This document shows, one piece after another, positions 36,639 to 48,960 of a stretch of 64,000 nucleotides of DNA. The notes under the pieces are model-generated. The model saw only the letters and a list, made by a program, of their open reading frames with translations. It did not search any database and was not told the origin of the DNA. This DNA comes from Lama glama (taxonomy: Eukaryota), in NCBI GenBank assembly GCA_028534125.1, contig CM052818.1:44146001-44210000 (forward strand), given 5' to 3'. How positions within the stretch are numbered: the first letter of the stretch is position 1; the number at the start of each line of letters is the position of its first letter. A program made the translations under genes and the position numbers.

Positions 36639-36959
36639 AGCTCCAATGTTAGTGGTTTGCTCAGATGAGCCAGCTCTCTAGTGTATTCATGAAGTTATTC
36701 AGACCAAATCTGAAATTATCCACTTGACTTCTCTCCTCATGGCTAGCCTTCAAAGTGGAGTTAACTTAGGCAAGTTTTCCAGGGTTGGGGTTTTATTGAC
36801 CATGTTGAAGTAAAGCTAGCCCCATTCAACACTGATGGAAGAGGCATGAGGTTAGCCTCAGCATTTTCCATCTTAGTCCCTGTTTTATTCACAGCATCCT
36901 CTTGACTTCAGAGGGCAGACCATTCTGTTACTCAGTCCACCTTAGTTCAGGGTGATGGA

Positions 36960-37180
36960 CAGTGTGATGTAAACAAAGATCAGGGGCTATGTAATCACAC
37001 TGACTCGTGACCCAACCCTACCTCTCTCGCTTAGGAGTTGTGAGAACTTGGAGCAACTTTTCTGAGCCTCAATTTATTCATATGCAAAATGCGGATGAAA
37101 GTAACTTTATGGGGGTTAATGGGAAAATTTCTTTCAGAATGTAGAATGGTATCTAGTACACTGTAGCTAACTAATAGTCA
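36960..37180 (+). mobile_element. MIR
   Basis: 'tctgagcctcaatttattcatatgcaaaatgcggatga'. Confidence 0.65.
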
Positions 37181-38089
37181 ATTCAATTTTTTCTGTGATC
37201 TCTTGAATTTTAGTATAATACTTTTTTAACTTATAATTTAATGTCATACTCTGACTAGCAGTGAGAGGTCACTAGTGGGGTGGAGCTGAAATGTTCCTTA
37301 AGTCTCATCATCTGACTTCTTCACCTTACAAAGAAACCACTTGCCCAAGATTGCATAGTAAGTTGTGCCTAAGCTGAAATAAGACCCCCAGTTTTCCTGA
37401 TCCCAACCATCACTTCTAGAACTCCTGGTGCCCAACATGCAGGGCATGCAGTCACTGAATTTTTCTTAAGACAGGGTAACCACATTCATTTCATTCCTTC
37501 CTGGACCATCTTTAGTTCACACATCAGATTCTCAACTCCACTCTGCCTCATTCTTCAACACTCCCAATGCAAACTATTGAGTTGCCTTCAGCTCATCCCT
37601 GCTTAGACGTGTCTATTAAGTTTGCTTCCCCAGTCCCAGGGACCAAAATGTACCCTTTGAAGGTGGATGTCCCTAAACACCAGGAGCCATAACTCACTGT
37701 CTTCCGAGGCCTTCATTATTTAAAAAAAGAGTTTTGATTTTTGTGACTTTGAATGAATGCAGTAGAAAAGAGTTCACCATACAATACATGAAGGTCATTG
37801 CGTCAAACAGTAAGAATTTGAACTTGGAAAAAAAACTGTCTTTCATGTTTTAATAGTTACTTATAGCTCAAAACAATGGGGTGGCATATGAGACCCTCTA
37901 AACCTGGTTCTAGCCCTTTTTAACACAATCTCTGCTATTCTTCTCATCTACTTCCCAAACTGCCAACATATACACACACACACCCCAGGAGAGAGCTTTG
38001 CTTCTGCAAACTCCATGTCCTGGCACATGATTTTCTCTTTGTGTGGAATGCCCTTCTCCTGTTTTCTACCTAGAAAACTTTCACTCATC

Positions 38090-38453
38090 ATCTCAGACTA
38101 TTTACACAGCTGTCACAAAGTACCACAGACCCAGTGGCTTATGACTACCAGAAATTAATTTTTCACAGTACTTGGGGCTGGGAAGTCCAAGATCAAAGTT
38201 CCAGCAGATCTGATGTGGAGGTTGCTGAGGGACCACTTCCCAGTTCACGGTCAGCACTTCTCACTGTGTCTGCACATGGAGGAAGGGGCAAGGGAGCTCT
38301 CTGAAGCCTCTTTTATAAGGACACTAATCCCATTCCTGAGGGCTCCATCCTCATGACTTAAATACCTTCCAAAGGTCCCACCTATGATACCATCACTTTT
38401 GGCAGCTCGGATGCAACATACAAATTTGAGGGAGACACATTCAGACCTTAGCA
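38090..38453 (-). mobile_element. MaLR solo LTR (MLT1A-like)
   Basis: 'ggctgggaagtccaagatcaaag', 'cttttataaggacactaatcccattcctgagggctccatcctcatgac', 'gacacattcagaccttagca'. Confidence 0.9.
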
Positions 38454-38599
38454 TTCATCTATCAAAGCTACTTAGAATATCATCTTTACAAGAGATTCCT
38501 TATTCCATACCTTTTCCCTTCTTTGCTAATTCCAGACTTTGTGATTTTCTTTAAATATCATACTTGTCTCACAAAAGTATATTTTTGGCTCTTTACACT

Positions 38600-38860
38600 G
38601 GGCTGTTATTTCCCAAAGTTGCTGTGAGAAATCATCATGGGGGATAAAGTGGGTGGTGGGCAGTTACTGGTCATTACAAATTTGAGAAAGCCATGTTAAA
38701 GTTAAGCTAGTTACTTTACTGGGAGACTTCTCAAAGTCTTTAACATGGTGACCACATACTGTGTATCTCCCTGAAGAATGAGGGAGAATTTCACATTTTC
38801 TAAGACTTTTAGCAGTGGCACATTGTTTTAATAGATCATCTCCAGGGATTAATGATCCAT
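38600..38860. mobile_element. Ancient hAT-Charlie-type relic
   Basis: 'tttactgggagacttctcaaagtctttaacatg...tgtgtatctcc' resembles MER112/113-type sequence. Confidence 0.35.
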
Positions 38861-41659
38861 AAAGACGCCCTCTGAGAGAAGAGACAGTTCCAGCCAGCGT
38901 TGAGCCTGGCACTGAGTAGAAATTCAATAAATATCTGCATACTGAGGTGAAAAAAGTGAATTAGCTTAGACTGCTAATTCTGCAGCCCAAGGCCAAGAGG
39001 AGAATCTGGAAGTGGGTAGCAGAGCAGGAAAGCTCTTCCCCCTTTCCAAGAATCGCCTAATTCTCATCCGTACCAGACAAGATGCTCAAGCAGCAGCTAC
39101 TCTCTGCTGCCGCCCCCTGACTCTGACACACAGCAGGTTCCCCGAGCCTCTCCCAGAAGAAAAAAAAGAGTGACATGTTTTGGCTGGAACTCAGTGGCCA
39201 AGAAACTTGCCGCCGGCCACAGTTTTAGGGGCAGAGCTATTCATTTGACAATAGTCCTCGTTTCTTATCCTCACCACAGACTGTCTGGGGTGGGCAGAAC
39301 CTGGCCCCAGCAGAAAGCAGTAGGGCTTTTGCAAATAGTTTACAGCACGGATCCTGCTCCGAGCCGGCAGTTTTCACATCACTGTCTCTCAGAGTAACGC
39401 GAAGCAGACATGCTGAGAGACTCCAGCACTTTTGAATTGTACTCTCGGCTCAGAGGGCCAGCTGGAAGCCCTTGAGCATATCTCCAGGGTTGAGATTGGC
39501 CAACGTCCCCTTCAGAAGATGCTGACTCCTCTGTTTCATTTGGCCAGGCTGCTAGGGATACTGGCTAAAGTGGAAACTACTCAGTATAGAAGAGCCTAGT
39601 GGCTCTGGGTTTTGGCAAAGTCTCTGGAAGGATTTCTTAAATATTCTGGTATCGGCAGAGGCCAAATTATCTTTCTGAAGCATGTGCCCCCTTAATATCA
39701 AAATTCATGTGCACTTCATGAGACATGCAATCCATATGTTTCCAGGCTATTTATCCTTGATGCATTCAAATGCTATCCTGTAAGAAAAACTTGAGTCCAA
39801 GAAAAAAGTTTTGAGTTTTCTATAAATCTCCATTCCTTGAGTGAAAATCAGTATTTTTTTTAATTCGCCCAAATCATCTCTGCAAAGGACTCAAGTTTGG
39901 TTTAAGCTCGGGGCGCAGATATTTCCAGAAGCAATGCCCTAAACTCAGCTGTTTTCTAGACTCTTCATCTTTCCTGCTGTCTGTTTTCACCATTATCAAT
40001 TGCATCCACCTAGTCACCAGAAGCAAAAGAAACCAAACGGATGTTGAGATGATGTTGGAGCTGAAGCAATGGGATTGTGGTCAGTGTTTAGTATGGTTTA
40101 CTCCTGATTCAGAAAAAGATCATCTCACTGTTTATTTTTAGACTTCTTCATAAAAGTGACTTTGTTCCTTGAATACAAACTAATTCAATGTGTATTTAGA
40201 ATTGTTGTCACATTTGAAAGTGACAGAGGTTTATGATTTCAGGTATTTCGATAGTAAGCAATTAACACCACAAACTTACCATGGCACTTGGGAAGCTGAT
40301 GGATGAGCTACAATCCCTGATGTGAAAACACATGATCAAGTTGTGGACTTTCTGCAAAGTGGTCAGAAATGCATGACGGGTGATGGAGGAAAAAGATCAG
40401 ATTCAGATCCAGATTGATTTACCAAGAGCAAGAATGTTTACTGAGTGTATAACATTCAAGTGGCCTCTTAAAAAGTAAAAGCAGAGATAAGCAGACCTAC
40501 ACAAGCCCAGAAGGCATATGCACAGTACAGTCATGCTCTTTTAAATCAGATTTATAAAGCATTAGCTGAAGGTCCGAGCTCTAGAATCCAATGAATCTGA
40601 GTTCAAATCCTAAATACACCACTTGCTGTGTGACCATCTGAGCGTTACAAAACTCCTCTAGGCTTCACTTTCTTATCTGTAAGAGGAGATCAATGGTATT
40701 TAAGTGAAACAGGGTATAGTTTTGTGATTTTTATTTTTCAGAAAAGAAATCTCAGAAGAGTGAACAAAATGAGTTATATATTAGGGGACGAAAACATGGA
40801 ATGTCTCATTTGGAGGCAAAACACTACTACAAAAATACTTTTACATTTTACGTTTTCTATAAGACAAGGACTTACCTTTCGTCAACCATAGAAGCCCTAG
40901 GACGTGTGTAAGTGGTTGAGATCTTGGAGTTTGAAGTGGTGCGACAGCTTATCCTGATTGGTCCCCAACCCGATTTGCAAACATGAGAAACAATCCAAAG
41001 GAGAAAAGGGGCTGGTGTAAAACCACAGAGCAAGGGCGAGACAGCCAAGCCTAGAACCCAGGCCTCCTGACTCTGAAGCCAGAGGTCCTTCCAAGTCACA
41101 AGCCACGTCCTGCACAATCTCTGCCACCTTCTTCATCTCCAGATTTTGACAATGGCCATTGTTTCTTGCAGTGCTGACCAGGGTTCGCCCAGGAGCCTGC
41201 TGGTGAAGTGAGATCTTCTAGTGAGGTTCCTCAGAAACAACAAATCCATGAGGGGGAGCAGACGTCAGGCTCTTCCCGGATGTAAAGATGGCTCTTTACC
41301 CATCAAGTCAAGACATCAGGTCATTCATTCCATGGGAACTTTATCTGCAAGCATTGAGTTTTCACTCAGTTATCCGGAAAATGAGTACCAAGAAACCCCT
41401 AAGGAGATTTTAAGAAAGCATCACTGTCTTCTCTCCAGGGTGATGGGTGGTGTGTCTCTCGGGTTTTGGCTGTACACCAAGGCTCAGGCAAAGCCAAGAC
41501 CAACCATGGCGCCTGTGCGGGAAGGGCCAATTCTCCTGGAAATTTTGAGGAAAACATTCCTTTCTTAAAAAAAAAGAAAAGAAAAGAAACAAAGGTAGAG
41601 TAAAATTTGACATTGTCCAAACTAAAGTGAAACACAGAACTTAGACTTCTGTGTTTCAC

Positions 41660-41870
41660 TGATGGCTTAACATTTGCAGAGCCCTTCTCCCCAGGAGCAG
41701 GGCTAAGTGCTTAACACACATTCACTCATTCCTCGGAGCAACCCCATGAGGAAGAGACAATCACTGAATCAGACAAGAGTGAAATTGAGAGGCAAAGGAA
41801 ACTGCCCAAGCCACACAGCTCCAGAAGGTGTCAGGATCCAAACACAAGCGCTCCAACCTCCAGAGCACAT
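41660..41870 (-). mobile_element. MIR
   Basis: 'cattcactcattcctcggagcaaccccatgagg...aactgcccaagccacacagct'. Confidence 0.65.
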
Positions 41871-42999
41871 AAATTTAACCCCTACCTTAGCCCCCTTCTC
41901 ATTCTGATATTTACAGGGAAGGGCAGTTGCAGCCATGGCACCGTAAAGCAAGGGAGTACTCAGTCACTCTTGCTGTTGGCTTTGAGAACTCAGTGGAAAA
42001 TTTTGAGACGCCTTGGATTCTAGCTTACCCCGTGGCTTGTGTCTGTTACATAACATGCACATCTTAAAAAAAAAAAGCTGAATTGCAAATAGTCTACTAA
42101 CCTGGAAGGAATGTCTGAATGACTCCCACACCACACTGGTGCTAATTCTGTTGGAAGAGCTTTGTGGGTTTGCTGTGATTTTATTGAAATAAAGGGTTTG
42201 GCTATCATTGTGAGTAACTTGAGTGTGTGTCTTTTGATCCATGTAGAAATCGCTCAGCTAAATGACATTTACATGTTATTCTTAACTGCCTGTGGAATCA
42301 GATAATCCCTTCCCCAGAAGGATGTCAGCAGCCTTCATCATTTGTGAAGGAAGAGCATCCGGGAAGGAACGTGGTGTCATGTGTGCCTGGGGGGAAGATG
42401 TCTGGGTTGATGATTCACATTCTTTTATAGCTTTGGTTTTCACGGTCTTTGTTTTTAAAAAGCAATTTGAATGTCCGTGAGCTTTGTGACTTGCACGCGC
42501 TCTCCAGGACGCACTGGGGTCTATTTCCGCCCACATGTGTAGACTCTCGGGATGGAATCTAGGGGATGGTGATCTGATTTGCTTCGGTGTCAGAGAGTAT
42601 CCATGTGATTGAGGAGGGTGGAAGCGTCTGTTCCAATATGTTCCTCCCAAATGGTGCCAAAGATGAACAGACCAGGAAAAAATATTCTGTCATAAGCCCA
42701 GACCTTGAATTTTCACCAAAGGTCTCACCAAATGGTGTAGGGCTGAGTCTGAGGGCCAGAGTGTTCTGTGCAGGATGTGGAAGTTCACTGCGGAAAAACG
42801 CCAAAATTTATGACTCGTCTGAAGTCAGAGGAAAAGTACCATGCAGGCTCTGATTTGCTTAGTCCTAGGGGATCTGCTTGCAAAGGCAGAGGGAGGGTCT
42901 CCGACGTTAAGAGAAGAGACTCTGACACCGGTGTCCAAGGACAGCAGCCACAGCCACCACAAAGGAGCAGTCACACTCGTCAGAGAAGCCCAGGGGCTC

Positions 43000-43812
43000 T
43001 CAGAGTTTCCATCGCTTGGTGTTGATTTGAGTTTCCTTGCTTTCCAGGACTCCTCCCTTATCCAGCATCTGACATCCAGTTGGTGACTATCCATCTCACC
43101 TTTTTTTTATTCCTCAGATCCAGCCTCTCCCCAGTACCCCCTGCAGTCTTCATCCTTTCTTCCCAGATAACTGGTATCATATCCCAAATGAGTGACTGTC
43201 TCCTTGCTCCAAGTCTTGCCCACCAGACCATCTACCCAGCTTCCAAAGCCATCGCTCTCATATACATTTTGGTTGTGTCTTTTCCCTGCTGATAAAACAT
43301 CCTGCGGCTCTACTTTATTTCAGGGTATTGTCCAGATCCCTGAGTGCATAGCCCCCTCCCCCATCGAGGGTAATTCTTACCCTCATTACCCTTCCCATCA
43401 TCCTCTGCATACATCCTACACTCTGCTCCAGCAACACTCAGGGCTTTCTCACGACCCTGTGTCTTTGCTGACGGTGTTTCTTTTGCCTGGAACGTGGTCT
43501 GACATCCCACCCACGCTGCTCCCTACCTACCAGGTTAACAGGTCCAGACCCTTCAAGTCCCAGCTATTATCATTGCCCCCTCAAGTCTCTCCTGGCTCCC
43601 TTAGTCTTGACACACCCTCCGCTGTCAATCAAGTCTGCCCTGCCACACTATGAGATGTGACTGATCTCTGTACATCATAATGTTCACCTGACTGCCTCTC
43701 CTTCCAGACCATGAGGCCCTTAAGGGCCAAGACAGTATCTCAGTTGTCCCTGCATCCATAACACAGCCCAGGCTCCAGGAAGCTCTCAGCAAATCTTTAT
43801 TAAATTAAATGG
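43000..43812 (+). mobile_element. L2 3' portion
   Basis: 'tttgcctggaacg', 'cccttcaagtcccagct', 'ccagaccatgaggcccttaagggccaagacagtatct', tail 'ctcagcaaatctttattaaattaaatg'. Confidence 0.65.
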
Positions 43813-44721
43813 AATTGAGCTTGCTTTAGGTAAAATTGAGGGGCAGGAGAGTTTGAAATGAATTGTTTCTCTTCCAAGCCACATGCCTGGATTATGAAAA
43901 AAGGTGAAGGGATCTATTTTTTTGTGGCCGGTGACATTTCAGCCTCCAAAGGGCAATGCTGGGGCATCCCTACTCAGCCTTTCCATGGCTGTCCCTTCCA
44001 GAGGAAGGCTTTGCAGGCAGGCACTGGCGCAGCCAGCCACCAACTCATTTTACATCTAAAAAAGCATCTGGACTCTTTTGGAACCGTATGCCGTTTGGGA
44101 CAATTTGGATGGCTATGCAAGCACAGTGCTGCTTCATTTCAGAAAGTCGGATTTTTGTTAGCCTTCTTTGCCCTTTGGCTCTCCAAAACTCGTTTATTTG
44201 AACTCAGATGCATATCTAAGGTTTAGAGTTTGAAAGGAGGAAAAAACAGGCTTATTTTCTGCTTGTGTCTCTGCTGGGGGGATAAGCAGTTATTTAGAGG
44301 AGAAGCAAGTTTATTCAAATTCTCCGAGCAGCAGACATTAACCTCAGGACACTATAACTGGGCAAAGGGAAAGTCCTATCTACAAATTCACTTCTGTCAG
44401 TCTGGCTTATCCAAGGGAGATAAGGACTCCTGCTTGCCTGAAGATCGGCTCAGCATTCTGGGAGGAAGGATGGAGGTAGCTTTGAGGCTGATGGTTGGGA
44501 GCAAAAGAACAAAACACTTCTGGAGAGAGCACCTGGGCAGGCAAGAACAGAATTCTGAAGTTAGAAACAATGTTCAGCTTTGTACGAGTATGAAGAAACA
44601 GACACGGCACTGGGTTGTCCACAGGGACATCTTCCAACGCAGCCTTGGAAGAACATGGACCAAGTTCCTTATTTCCAGGGAACGGATAAAAAAAAAAAAA
44701 GGAAGAAAAAGAAAGGGTTGA

Positions 44722-45137
44722 TGTTATGTACTGCATGCTTTTATCATTCCAAATGTCGTATGTTGAGGCCCTAACCCCACCCCACCCCCCATCATGGTCT
44801 TTAGGTTGGCACCTTTGGGAGGCGATTAGAATTAGATTAGGCCTTCAGAGTGGGACCCTCATGATGGAATTAGTGCCTTTATGAGAAGAGGAAGAAGGAA
44901 GGATTCCCTCATCTCTCTCCACCTGCACACACAGAGGAAAAGCCAGGTGAGCACACAGCAGAAAGGTGGCCGTCTGCAAGCCAGGAAGGGAGCCCTCACC
45001 AAGAACGGAATCTACTGGCACCTTGACCTTGGACTTCCCAGCCGGCAGAACCGTGAGAAATAAATGTGTGTGGTTTCAGCCACCACGTGGGCGGTATTTT
45101 GTTGATAGCCCATGCTGAGCGCGGCAGCTGAGCTAAC
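44722..45137 (+). mobile_element. MaLR solo LTR (MLT1A-like)
   Basis: 'gtatgttgaggccctaacccc', 'ccctcatgatggaattagtgccttt', 'ggcaccttgaccttggacttcccagcc...aaccgtgagaaataaat'. Confidence 0.9.
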
Positions 45138-48100
45138 CTTTGCTACAGAATAAAGAACCGTAAACTTCAAAGCATACCAGGAGTGGGCGGGAGGAACACA
45201 GAGAGCATGTGTCAGCCAACAGGAGATGCTCCTCTCTCCCCAGCCAGGCAATCCTGAGACACTCACTCATTGTCTCCGCAGTTCAGGCTTCCCTCTGTAA
45301 AGTGGGAGCCACATCCCCCACTGGGATGTTGTGCTGATTAAACGTGGGGGTTGAGTGATGTGATGTGGAGACGCAGCAGCAGGAAGGGAGAAGGGAAAGT
45401 AGGGACCGCTGTGTGAGTCTGCAGGGAGGGAACTGAGAGACCTGGGAGGTAGCAAATTGAAAAGCTACTGAGGTAAAAATAAACCACCTGAGACCAAAGA
45501 GGGAAGAGAGGGACCTGGAAAGTCTAGGATCCCTATTACTGCCCGGTCTGGGGTCCTTGAGTCCAAAGCCCAGAGACAATCTCATAGGTGTTTCCCGTAC
45601 CCCCTCCCCCAGCCGGATGAAGTAAGAGTTGTGTGGGTTTCCTTCAGGGAAGGAATTTAAGCCCTGTCCCCATGACACCAGGGCGGATGGTGAAGTCAGT
45701 TCCACTGCAAGGACTCAATGGCTCCTTGTTTCGCCTTTTATTGAGCTGACTGCAAAATTTAGGCTGGATGTTTTATGTAAGGAAAAAGAACCCTGAAGAC
45801 TATATAATGCAAATGGGTATTCCATACATATCCACTTCCTCCCTCCAGGAAGCTGGAGAAAACTGGGCTCCCGAAGCACAGGACTAAACAAAGAACTCCA
45901 GCATCCTGTCGTTCTGACTTGTGCAATTCCAATTTGAATCACGCCGCAAATGTAAAATGACTTCATTTTCCTGTGCCAGATCCCCCGAGGATTGCAGACT
46001 TGTTTATGCCTCTCTGAAACGAAGCTCAGCCTAGCCCAAGTGAAGGAAAACACTTCTATAGGCAGGAGGCTGCCGGAGCCAAAGCCAGAGCAGACGCTAT
46101 TCATCCTCCTTTGACAAAACTCATCCTCCCAGAACAAGGGAACTTCAGTCCCTCATGTCCCAGCCTTGGCAGCACAGTGAGAGCTGGTTTCGTGTCAGAG
46201 TTTAGAAACCAGTGCTCAAATATAAAATTCAGTGCTAGGAACCCAGAAGGCTCACCTCACTCTGCTCAGAACTCTGCTCCAACCAGAACCCGAACCCCAG
46301 CCCCACCCCTCGACATCCCTTATAAACAGTGTGGTCAGAGGAAGCTCCCCTGACAAAGGACTGTTAAATCTCATTAACAGTAAAAGGCATCATTTTCAGT
46401 TTACTGAATATTTAGCCTATCTTTGAAGAGCAAATAGTACCAAGTAGAACAAATCTTTACCAATTCTGCCAGTATTCATTGATTAGATATTTATTGATGA
46501 CCTGCCATAGGATGACAAGCATCCAAGATACAGAGAAAAGGACAAACATGATCCTTAACGGCCAGTTCCGAGTCTGAGAGACCTCATGGCACAGGTTTGG
46601 AACCAAGTCCTGCTTCCCCTACGTGCCGTTTCCCCGTCTGCGGGACGGCGTTCACAGTCCACACCTTGCAACAGCGTTGGGGGCATTACCTAGGACAAGG
46701 ATGCCGAGGACCCACACCGATGGCACTCACCTCTTCACACTGGATCCATCCCTGTTTGGTTAGATGTCCCCTGCCTTCCCGCTCAGCGCCCTTGAGGAAT
46801 TTACTGAAGACAGTGGACAGGAGCTGAGGGCTTCGGAGCCAGCGTGTGAAGATGGCTTGCACTCCTCAAAGCTGATTAAGCAAAGTTGGCTGCTGAGACA
46901 GGGTGAGATGGTGAGAATTCCAAACCAGAAATAAAGATGCTATACACCAGGGCGGGGGGCCGGAGCGGGGGTATTCTTTATGCTTAAACTAAGCAATTGA
47001 AATGCTCCACCCCAAGAATCTTTGAATGCAACTCCTGTTTATTCTCTATACAAAAGACTTCAAGGAAAAGCACAGGAAAAACTAAAGGTGAATTTACAGC
47101 CATCAGAAAGTCTATGCAGAAGATCAGCTCAGAAAAGCTGTGACCACGCCTCCAGACAGAGATGGAACTGGAGGAGGTTTTGGAGGTGGCCAAGAGGATG
47201 AAATTAATCAGATTCATAATAAAAAGTCAACCCCTCTATCTCTAAAATCTTGCACATCACTTGTACGCACCATAGTGAGACTTTGGGAGTTGGAGAACTG
47301 CTTTTGCCTCTAATTATGTGTTTAGCTGAGATGTATTTCTTCAACTAATCTCTGTGGAAGAAATTTGAATGAAAAAGAAGTGTGTTTGCAAATGACAGTG
47401 CCTCTTCATTCGGGTGTTCCCAGGCCCATCCTGGCTCAAAGTCCCTCAGAGGGAGACAAGGAGGGAGGCGGTTAGTCCAAACCAGCGCTGAGCATTTCCG
47501 GGAATGTGTTTGCTGGGGTGCTGGTGGGATGCGGTGAGTGGAGGAAGAGGAGGGGGGCTGTAGAGGAGCAGGAGCAGGCCTGAGACCCAGAAGTTCTGGA
47601 CCCCACCCCTAAATCTGCATTTACTCTCTGGGGGACCTGGCCCCAGAGCCCAGAGGTGGACTGATTGCCACTGTATGCCAGTCTTAACGACAGTTTTGTT
47701 ATTAGGGATTAGTAACTACATTTTGTAGATAAGGGCATAGAGAATCAGAGAGATTAAGTACCTCTCAAAGCCACACAGAACTGACTCCAATGCCAAGCTC
47801 CTTCCAATGCAAACCCCTCATAAAGCCATGTCTTCTCTTACTCCCTTGGCTTTTCCAACAGAGCGAGGAGAGGAAAGGACACACCATTTTTGCTGTCTCT
47901 TCCAGCTTTGAAAAAAAGCTAACTGTGAAGCTTTTCAATAATTCACACTGGTATTTCTCTAGAAAGATGCAGAAGGACATAAAATGCTGATCAAGCATTA
48001 TTAAAACAAAGAACTTGAGTGTCAAATATATATAAAGGGAAAAAAGTCAGTGATTGAGAATTTTCCCTAGAGGCATTACAAATATGAACAACAGATTTCA

Positions 48101-48809
48101 TATTCTTTATTTGTCTAAGAGCAGACTAAGTGTGAGTGCCTAAAAGAGGCAGAAACTAATTAAAGAAAAATAAAGTCATAGAAAATATTTTTTTAAGTTA
48201 TGCATGTATTAAGAATTTAAGTAGCTATTGAATCTAAACTGTTAATTAAGAGAAGGGGAAACATCTAGAAAGATTATCAATGCCTTTATTTAATCTGACA
48301 TTTTACAATTTATCAGTAAAGTTCACGTCCAAAATCTCATGGGATACCCATAATAGCCTCGTAAGATACACAAGGCGATGATTATCTTCACAGAGAGAGA
48401 AAAGGATACTCACTAAGTTTGAGTGACTTTTCCAAGTTCAGATGGCTGTTGCTAAAACTGAGGCATATTTTTTTATTCTATTTTCTTATCTGTACCCCAG
48501 TGCCTGGTCTTATATATGACAAATAATTGGCACTCAGTAAACTGTTTAATGAACAAACTTCAGATTAGAAAATTTACCCTCATAAAGATGCTAAAATTGT
48601 TTTTGTCTTTATACATAGATGGAATGAGCTTCTCCCCGCCTGTTTCACTGAAACTGAAGGTTGAGGTTTCCTGGGAAGCCTGCCTTTACCTGAAATTGTG
48701 CCATTAGAAACACTTCAGAAGTCCGGACCTCCCAGTGCCCATAGAAGAGAGACTGTAGTTGCCAACAGATGTGTTCAATAATGTTGCGGTAAATAAACTG
48801 GATAAGTCA

Positions 48810-48960
48810 TCATAAGTCAACAAGCATTTAATGAGCAGCTACTATGTGCTAAGCCTTTGTCAAGCCACAGGAAATATCGAGGTCATGAAACATAGTTGCT
48901 GCTGTAGGGAGTTCACAGTCCAGGGGTGCAAAACAGGCAATTATGAAACAGCATGAAGTT
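48810..48960 (-). mobile_element. L2 3' end
   Basis: 'tcaacaagcatttaatgagcagctactatgtgctaagc'. Confidence 0.65.

Noticed and set aside
40870..41136. Strong minus-strand splice donor (AAG|GTAAGT) at the end of short ORFs
   Set aside because: The upstream sequence looks MIR-derived, I found no convincing acceptor, and isolated donor consensus matches are common.
42760..43025. Possible exon after 'ttctgtgcag' (DVEVHCGKTPKF...)
   Set aside because: Weak polypyrimidine tract, no recognisable homology and no partner exons.
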